Shown here: in pieces, positions 57,984 to 64,000 of the stretch
How the letters are laid out: every line of letters starts with the position of its first letter
Numbering within the stretch: the stretch's first letter is position 1
IMG/VR virus record: IMGVR_UViG_3300010355_000898
Location: 192,001 to 256,000 of that record
From: a virus
Taxonomy: Duplodnaviria > Caudoviricetes
DNA length: 64,000 bases
Reading direction: 5' to 3' (one strand)
Made by a program: the position numbers and the translations under genes
Notes under the pieces: generated by a model
Seen by the model: only the letters and a program-made list of their open reading frames with translations
What the model was told of the DNA's origin: nothing
Database searches by the model: none

Positions 57984-58907
57984 ATGGAAATTTGTAAAGA
58001 TTGTGGAATTGAATTAAAAAACATACGAGCGCTTGTATTACATGTGAATAAACATCATCATGGATATGATTTATATGTACTCAACCATGATTACAATGGT
58101 GTAAGACCATTGTGCAAATGTGGATGTGGTCAAGAAACTCCTTGGAGTAAAAAGAAAAAGAAATACACTGAATATTCATATGGTCATATATTGCAAACAC
58201 CATCAGTGAGGCCTAGGGCGTTAAAAGCTGCAGCAATTGCAATGAGTCGTCCTGAAGTTAGAGCAAAGAATTCTGAACGATTAAAGGAACGTTGGAAGAA
58301 TGATGAAAAGTTCAGAGAACATCAAAAACAGATATCAAAAATGAATATGCAGAAAATGTTAGAACACAACAAAACTCCAGAAGCTCGGGCAGCATCTTCA
58401 CAGAGAAAAAAGGATTTTTGGGCATCTGAAAAGGGTGAACAACTCAGAGAACAGATGAAATCTGATGAAATGAGACAGAAGATATCAGAGGCAACTCAGA
58501 CTGCATTTACCCCTGAAGTTAAACAGAGAACATCTGATGGCGTGAAGAGAGCAATCATGAGTGGAAAGTTTACACCATCAACAAGTTGGAAAAATCTTGA
58601 TAGAGGATACGTTGACAACATTTGGTGTGACAGTGGACTTGAGAAAAGATTTGTTGAGAAATGTAGAGAACTGAATATTGTTTGTGAAAGAACATCCAGA
58701 TGTCACAGAGTACAGTATGGTGATGGAAAAATATACATTCCAGATTTCTATCTTCCAGAACACAATGCAATCATTGAATTGAAGGGAAGAATTGTTGACA
58801 TTGATTATGAAAAATGGAAAGAGGCAGAAAAAGTGTTCGAACATTTCATTGTATTGAATAAAGATAATTACGCAAAATTTTTGGAGGTATTATGTCCCTC
58901 TACGTAA
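57984..58907 (+). CDS. Free-standing homing-endonuclease-like protein (Zn fingers, NUMOD3-like repeats, PD-(D/E)XK)
   Basis: CKDC...H...H, CKCGCG, PE.RAK.S repeats, SGLE..F, YIPDFYLPE.N.IIELKG. Confidence 0.8.
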   Translation: MEICKDCGIELKNIRALVLHVNKHHHGYDLYVLNHDYNGVRPLCKCGCGQETPWSKKKKKYTEYSYGHILQTPSVRPRALKAAAIAMSRPEVRAKNSERLKERWKNDEKFREHQKQISKMNMQKMLEHNKTPEARAASSQRKKDFWASEKGEQLREQMKSDEMRQKISEATQTAFTPEVKQRTSDGVKRAIMSGKFTPSTSWKNLDRGYVDNIWCDSGLEKRFVEKCRELNIVCERTSRCHRVQYGDGKIYIPDFYLPEHNAIIELKGRIVDIDYEKWKEAEKVFEHFIVLNKDNYAKFLEVLCPST

Positions 58908-60049
58908 AGAAGACAGAGTTCTGTTGCAAGATTTGTGGTTGGCAAATGAAGGACACAGAGAGAGCAGGAAAAGCATTCTCAGATCATCTCAGACGTCAAC
59001 ACGGTTTGAGTTCTCAAGAGTACACTGTCAGACATCTCCATAATGGAGTGAGACCAACCTGTCCAGTCTGTGGCAGTGAGACACGATACCTCTCTTTTGG
59101 CTTTAGGAAATACTGCTCTGAGCACCAGAAGTGTGCAATGCAGGAGGGTGGCAGGGGTGAACTGAGTTCTCCAAATGGGGCTGCTGCCGCGACAATGATT
59201 ATGGTCAAACCGATCACAGCAAAAGAAAAGATTCCCAAGACAACTGACCGGTCTTGGGAAGATCTGTACGCAGAATGGCAAACATTCATCAGGAAACAGC
59301 ACAGGGGAACGTTCACCAAGGGTGACACACAATTCTCAGACTGCGGGAAGTGGGCATACAGACTGATTGACATCAGGAAGAATGTAGACAGGACAGAGTT
59401 GTCAAATCTGTACACTGCATTGGGCAACATTGGTTGCAGACTGACTGTGTACACCAGCGATGAATGGCGAGAAAAGGGTGACATCTGCAGACAACAGATT
59501 GGTCACATATTGGGTGAGAGCACAGTCAGGATTGGCGCACGACAGTGCCAGATTAGGCAGTTGACAACAGCTGAAAGACGTGATGTGTTCACCAAATATC
59601 ACATTCAGGGTGACACTTCAGCAAAGGTTGCATATGGACTCATCAGTGGGGGTGAAATTGTTGGTGCTGTGAGCGGCAGAGTTCCAGTTCAGAAGAAGTG
59701 GGGACATGTTCTTGAGATTGCAAGGATGGTTTTCAAGAGTGGATATTCAGTCATGGGCGGCGCATCGAGGCTCATAAGGGCTCTTGAAGTGTGGGCCAAA
59801 TTGAACTGCTTCAGTGGCGTCATTTCATATGCTGAGCTGCGTTATGGAACAGGTGGTGTGTACGGGAAGTGTGGGTACCAGAAGGTTGCTGTCACTGGGC
59901 AGAACTATTGGTATTCAGATGGAGTGAACAGGTATGACCGGTTTGCTTTCCGCGCCCATGATGGTAAGTCAGAAGCACAGTGTGCACTCGAGCATGGTGT
60001 TCATCCTGTTTGGGGAATTGGCAATGCTGTGTACCTGAAACTGTTCTGA
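58892..60049 (+). CDS. Hef-like endonuclease-family protein with GNAT/Mom-like C-terminal domain
   Basis: CKIC..H...H, CPVCG...FRKYCS, DEW..K..I, IGARQC.I, HIQG, YGL, EIAR, V.GGASRL, ISYA.LRY..G.VY...GY. Visibly higher GC than the genome. Confidence 0.7.
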   Translation: MSLYVKKTEFCCKICGWQMKDTERAGKAFSDHLRRQHGLSSQEYTVRHLHNGVRPTCPVCGSETRYLSFGFRKYCSEHQKCAMQEGGRGELSSPNGAAAATMIMVKPITAKEKIPKTTDRSWEDLYAEWQTFIRKQHRGTFTKGDTQFSDCGKWAYRLIDIRKNVDRTELSNLYTALGNIGCRLTVYTSDEWREKGDICRQQIGHILGESTVRIGARQCQIRQLTTAERRDVFTKYHIQGDTSAKVAYGLISGGEIVGAVSGRVPVQKKWGHVLEIARMVFKSGYSVMGGASRLIRALEVWAKLNCFSGVISYAELRYGTGGVYGKCGYQKVAVTGQNYWYSDGVNRYDRFAFRAHDGKSEAQCALEHGVHPVWGIGNAVYLKLF

Positions 60050-60130
60050 GCAATAGCCACATACAGTTCTGTCAACAGGTCCAGAATGACCCAGAACAAT
60101 TTTTTGTCAGCACACCATAGATATAACTGT

Positions 60131-60364
60131 ATGCAGACTGACAAAGGTATTCAGGGGTTATTGAGGGAGATCAGGGATGTTCTCATTGATAAGGTTGATC
60201 AGGAGGAATTGGATGAGATCATCAGGAAGGTTGGCAACCGATGGGTTCTGTACACTAAGAAGAAGGATCCAAAAACAGGCAAACACAGGAGGTTGGGAAC
60301 TCATACCTCAAAGAAGGGTGTAATTGATCAGGAATTGGCAATCAAGTATTCACAAGGACAGTGA
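60131..60364 (+). CDS. Small basic-domain protein
   Basis: LDE-IIRKVGNRWVLYTKK...LGTH.SK; ATAGATA variant motif upstream. Confidence 0.65.
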   Translation: MQTDKGIQGLLREIRDVLIDKVDQEELDEIIRKVGNRWVLYTKKKDPKTGKHRRLGTHTSKKGVIDQELAIKYSQGQ

Positions 60365-61263
60365 ACATGCTGTTGACTGAAGCAAAATTTGGTTTGAATG
60401 ATCTCAAAAAGTTTGGTTACAAACTGTATGTTGAGGATAATTCAAATGGTGAGATCACAATCTATCTCATTGATGATGAGAATAGTACGCATGGCGTAAT
60501 TGTGACAGAAGTGATTGGTTCATCAAAGAGCACAGTTCATGAAGTTGTTAGGGTTGCTGCAGATGGTGGTTGGGGTCCACTGATGTATGAGGCAGCAATG
60601 GCATACTTTTATCCACAATACATTAAACCATCTGGATACATGACTTCCACCTATGCGTCAGCAGTATGGGAAAAGTTTTTCAATAGAGATGATGTTGAAA
60701 AGTTGAAAATTGATTATGAAAGATTGGGTCCGAGAGCAGAATATCTGAATACTTTGTACAGAAAAAAGAACCCCATACTCAAGAACAGAATCGTTGACAT
60801 ATCTGAACATCCAGAATTCAATGTTGTTGATGAAATGTTCAGAGATGAAGTGAACCCAATCAAGGGTGATTATAAGAAATTCTTTGATAAAAAGTACAGT
60901 AAAGAAGTAAAAGCTGACAAAAGAGAATTTCATTGGAAAGAGAACATTCTGAACGTTGAAGATTTGTTGAAACATATTATCCACTGGAAAAACTTTGATA
61001 CAATGTGGGTTGATGAAGATGACGCCAAATCTTTTTTGAAAGATCTTCAAAAATTGCAGAATGACATTGAAGATTTGGGTATTGCAAAAAGGATTGATAT
61101 CAACAATTGTGAAATGATTATTGATGAATTGAGTGATGCAATTGAGATGGCATACAACACTGACAATGATAAAAATTTGAACAAATTGATCAAAGAATAT
61201 GTTAAAGAACTGATTGAGGCTTTGAGAGATCTCATTTGGAACGTTAAAAATCTGCGTAAATAA
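60361..61263 (+). CDS. Hypothetical protein with possible GNAT-like domain
   Basis: LLTE-A N-terminus; V..VAA..GWGPLMYEAAM ... S..A..VW resembles a GNAT acyl-CoA loop. Confidence 0.55.
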   Translation: MNMLLTEAKFGLNDLKKFGYKLYVEDNSNGEITIYLIDDENSTHGVIVTEVIGSSKSTVHEVVRVAADGGWGPLMYEAAMAYFYPQYIKPSGYMTSTYASAVWEKFFNRDDVEKLKIDYERLGPRAEYLNTLYRKKNPILKNRIVDISEHPEFNVVDEMFRDEVNPIKGDYKKFFDKKYSKEVKADKREFHWKENILNVEDLLKHIIHWKNFDTMWVDEDDAKSFLKDLQKLQNDIEDLGIAKRIDINNCEMIIDELSDAIEMAYNTDNDKNLNKLIKEYVKELIEALRDLIWNVKNLRK

Positions 61264-61347
61264 AGTTTTGAACTCTTTAACCGCCATTTGTTACATTACT
61301 GATATCAGCTAATGCTGCTAAACAGGATGAAATCAGAAGGTAAAATT

Positions 61348-61605
61348 ATGGCAAAGAAGTATATTCAGATCAACAAGAGTGCATCAATCAAGACCCGTTA
61401 TGATCGTACGGGAAAGCTTAGGACTGAGACCGCCGGCAGGAATGCAGGTGTCAATGTTGCAGTGAGTACAAATGAGCGCAATGACAGCACAATGTTGTAC
61501 GTTGACTTCCCAGATGGGAGTGTTGCTCAATTTGATGGTAGGTCAGCAAGAACACTCTTTAGGGTTCTCAGCAGACATTATGATGTGCAGGATAAATCAC
61601 TCTAA
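61348..61605 (+). CDS. Small basic hypothetical protein
   Basis: GAAGG ribosome-binding site; followed by a strong terminator. Confidence 0.7.
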   Translation: MAKKYIQINKSASIKTRYDRTGKLRTETAGRNAGVNVAVSTNERNDSTMLYVDFPDGSVAQFDGRSARTLFRVLSRHYDVQDKSL

Positions 61606-61627
61606 AAATCAGTAAATAAAAAGTGTG

Positions 61628-61666
61628 CAGTTCAAGGGATCAGAAATGGTCCCTTGAGCTGTTTTT
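61628..61666 (+). terminator. Intrinsic terminator
   Basis: CAGTTCAAGGGATCA-GAAA-TGGTCCCTTGAGCTG followed by TTTTT. Confidence 0.88.
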
Positions 61667-61682
61667 GTTGTACAATCTGTGC

Positions 61683-61907
61683 ATGTTGAATGTTGAATTG
61701 TCATTGATTGAAGCAATTGATGTTGTAACTGTCCTATCACTCATCAGTGTTGAACAGTTTGAGAATGATAGGATACAGAACATAAAGAGTGTCATCAATC
61801 GCATCAGGTCTGCTGCAGGTGCTGATGACAGCATTGTGAAACAGTTTGATGTGTGGCGTAAACGTCAGGAAGAGATCATCAATTTGCGTAATCACAGTGC
61901 AGATTGA
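61683..61907 (+). CDS. Hypothetical protein
   Basis: TACAAT-N6-ATG(61683). Confidence 0.55.
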   Translation: MLNVELSLIEAIDVVTVLSLISVEQFENDRIQNIKSVINRIRSAAGADDSIVKQFDVWRKRQEEIINLRNHSAD

Positions 61908-61925
61908 AGTGATAATATATCAAGT

Positions 61926-62132
61926 ATGGATAGAGAACATTTGTGGCAATTATCTCACAAAGTTGTTGGTATGACAATTGCTCAAGCATTCAAATGTGTT
62001 GTGTCAACAGGATGCAAATTCAGGATATACAGATACAATGGTGAACAGAACATCATGAATGAAATGTCTGAATTCAACACAATTGTTGTATCTGTCAATG
62101 ATGGAATAGTTAAAAAATCATGGGTAGGTTAA
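61926..62132 (+). CDS. Potato inhibitor I / I78-like small protein
   Basis: VVGMT...A......G..FRI...NG.......F.TI.V.V.DGIV.....G pattern. Confidence 0.5.
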   Translation: MDREHLWQLSHKVVGMTIAQAFKCVVSTGCKFRIYRYNGEQNIMNEMSEFNTIVVSVNDGIVKKSWVG

Positions 62133-62133
62133 T

Positions 62134-62346
62134 ATGTCAGCATACACAGAGAATTTAGTTGAAGAGATCAAGAGACTTGAGAGCAAGATCAAACTGTTGA
62201 AAGAGAATGATGATCCCATAACAGATGAGGCTAATCTTCTGAATGTTTTACGAGAAAAATTGCAACAGGCAACCAACGCCCTGTCAGGAGGAGCACAATT
62301 GTTGAAGAGTTCTGTTGAACAGGGTCAACCTGTTCTGAAAGGATAA
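62134..62346 (+). CDS. Coiled-coil hypothetical protein
   Basis: Tight operon spacing. Confidence 0.6.
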   Translation: MSAYTENLVEEIKRLESKIKLLKENDDPITDEANLLNVLREKLQQATNALSGGAQLLKSSVEQGQPVLKG

Positions 62347-62347
62347 A

Positions 62348-62569
62348 ATGATAGCAGATATAACTCAAACAGTCAGGGCAGCAAGACCAGCCCCCGCAGC
62401 GCCATTAACAATCATAGTTGAACAACCAATTGCTGGTACATTCACACAAGTGGGTCCACAACAACATGTTGTCAAAACTGAACCATATGTCAGGGTGAGT
62501 GCTCTTTCACAACAATTGCAGGAAATGATCAGAAGAGAACTTGAATTGATGACTGCTGGATATAGATGA
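62348..62569 (+). CDS. Hypothetical protein
   Basis: AGGA ribosome-binding site; operon coupling. Confidence 0.6.
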   Translation: MIADITQTVRAARPAPAAPLTIIVEQPIAGTFTQVGPQQHVVKTEPYVRVSALSQQLQEMIRRELELMTAGYR

Positions 62570-62817
62570 GAGAACTGAAACTTGGCGATGTTGGCAGCGA
62601 CGTAAGATTGTGGAAAGAATTTCTCATAACACTTGGCGGTCAATATGTCAATGTTGTTGTTGACGATACATTTGATGTGCAAACGCAACATGTTACACAA
62701 TGTTTTCAGAGATCACTTGGCGTTGATCCAACAGGTGTTGTTGATCAGGTGACTGTTGGTTATGCTCTCTTGACAGGATATGATTGGTCAAGATTGCATG
62801 AAATTTTTGTTGATTAG
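62566..62817 (+). CDS. Stand-alone peptidoglycan-binding domain (PG_binding_1-like)
   Basis: LKLGD.G.DV...K.FL ... D..F...T......FQ...G....G.VD..T. Confidence 0.75.
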   Translation: MRELKLGDVGSDVRLWKEFLITLGGQYVNVVVDDTFDVQTQHVTQCFQRSLGVDPTGVVDQVTVGYALLTGYDWSRLHEIFVD

Positions 62818-62845
62818 TTAGCTTGCAGGAACGGGTGGAGAAACA

Positions 62846-63373
62846 ATGACTGCAAAAAGAATTGTTACAGATCATAAAGAACTTGACAACATAGGTACAC
62901 TGACACATGATCAGATTGATGTTGCTGTCAACAACACAGAGTGGATCATAACGTCAAGTTCAGTTGAACAACCTCCAAATGCAAGAAAATTGACAGCCGG
63001 AACTGGAATTCAGATTGATGATCATGGTCCAGGAGCAGAGCTCATCATATCTTCAACTGCATCCGGATCATCAGGTATTGATGAAAGTGTTCATGAAAGT
63101 TTGAATACACTTGCACACTATCCTGTGCAAAACGGTGTTGATGATGTTCAGTACAATACGTGGGGTGTTACAGACTACATTTTGTGGACAAATGGTTCAA
63201 GAAATGTCAAATTGCAGGATTACAAAATTACTTACAACAGTATTGGTTTGATATCACAATTGACTGGTAGCACATACAATTCTGATGGTACAGTGAAAAC
63301 AAGATTATTGGAAACGCCAACATATGACAGTTTGAGAAGAATAGTTTCTATTGACAGGGTGAAAGTTGTGTAA
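62846..63373 (+). CDS. Tail-fibre-associated structural protein
   Basis: TH.QID and NARKLTAGTGI...D.GPG, the latter shared with the next gene. Confidence 0.6.
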   Translation: MTAKRIVTDHKELDNIGTLTHDQIDVAVNNTEWIITSSSVEQPPNARKLTAGTGIQIDDHGPGAELIISSTASGSSGIDESVHESLNTLAHYPVQNGVDDVQYNTWGVTDYILWTNGSRNVKLQDYKITYNSIGLISQLTGSTYNSDGTVKTRLLETPTYDSLRRIVSIDRVKVV

Positions 63374-64000
63374 ATGCTGAATGTAATACAGATACAGATT
63401 AATGATTCTACCCCAAGAGTATTCACTGGACCTCAAACATATGATAGAGACAATGGTGGTGCACTTATAGTTCCAGCAGGATACAGTTTGCCAACTGGAT
63501 CACTGATAAATGGTGAAGTTTTTTGGAACATCACAGAAAAGAAACTTTACAGATACAATTCAGGATCTCTGTCTTGGGAAGCATCTGGTGGAGCATATGC
63601 ACCTGATGATGCACAGTATCTTGTTCTGTCTTCATCTGCAACATTGTCAAATGAAAGAATTGTTTCAATTGGAACAGGATTGATTGGTGTTGATGGTGGT
63701 CCTGGGTCTGCATTCAATTTCAGCATTGATGACAGCGTTGTTGCAACGTTGAGTGGATCTGCATTCAGTGGTCCTGTTGTGGCAAATGGTGGATTGAGTG
63801 GATCACTTCAGAAATTGTCTGATGGAACGAGTTACATTGTTGCTGGCACAAATGTGTCAGTGATTTCTTCATCAAATGGTCAGATCACAATCAGCACTCG
63901 GGATGCAGCAGACTTGAATGCCTCATATTTGGTGTTGAATGCAACCAGTTCACTCAATAATGAGCGAGTATTGACAATTGGAACAGGATTGAGTGGATCA
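63374..64000 (+). CDS. Tail fibre-like protein, partial; runs off the window end
   Basis: Manual translation MLNVIQIQINDSTPRVFTG... is open to the end, with a repeated A.YLVL.....L.NER.L.IGTG unit. Confidence 0.7.
   Translation, partial: MLNVIQIQINDSTPRVFTGPQTYDRDNGGALIVPAGYSLPTGSLINGEVFWNITEKKLYRYNSGSLSWEASGGAYAPDDAQYLVLSSSATLSNERIVSIGTGLIGVDGGPGSAFNFSIDDSVVATLSGSAFSGPVVANGGLSGSLQKLSDGTSYIVAGTNVSVISSSNGQITISTRDAADLNASYLVLNATSSLNNERVLTIGTGLSGS

Noticed and set aside
1-64000. Stop-codon reassignment as in some large phages
   Set aside because: Conserved genes are full length in the standard code and TAA, TGA and TAG all end genes at sensible positions.
1-64000. tRNA, rRNA, reverse transcriptase/DGR or transposase
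   Set aside because: None recognised by eye; intergenic gaps are short. A covariance-model scan is needed to exclude small RNAs.

Overview
This 64 kb window is part of a large, AT-rich tailed dsDNA phage genome with a T4-like head module, read in the standard genetic code. 1-17.5 kb: a mostly minus-strand cluster of about 13 glycosyltransferase-like genes, a UDP-glucose dehydrogenase, a GDP-mannose-3,5-epimerase-like enzyme, two SAM methyltransferases and a Cas4-like nuclease. About 17.55-17.76 kb: two abutting perfect tandem arrays (7 bp x8, 25 bp x6) near the coding-strand switch. 18-26 kb: a membrane PAS protein, a degenerate GroEL-like protein, ClpP, a DinG-like helicase, an Hc1-like protein, a sigma region-4-only protein and PIN-PhoH. 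26-39 kb: putative baseplate/tail genes. 39-45 kb: gp4-like nuclease, RuvC-like resolvase, primase and a split Mre11 fused to Rad50. 45-58 kb: terminase and portal (each with an intein), prohead protease, scaffold and major capsid protein. Then two free-standing endonuclease-like genes, small ORFs and the start of a tail-fibre gene. The leading hypothesis is a phage-encoded virion glycosylation system: the sugar cluster coincides with an (S/T)-G-S tripeptide that recurs in virion proteins and is essentially absent from the enzymes. Other notable signals are the split Mre11 with oppositely charged junction tails, a synonymously recoded patch at the capsid gene 3' end beside the endonucleases, a recurring N-terminal helix on small late proteins, and two classes of mostly leaderless promoter. 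All calls come from motifs read by eye; no database search was run, and counts are manual.
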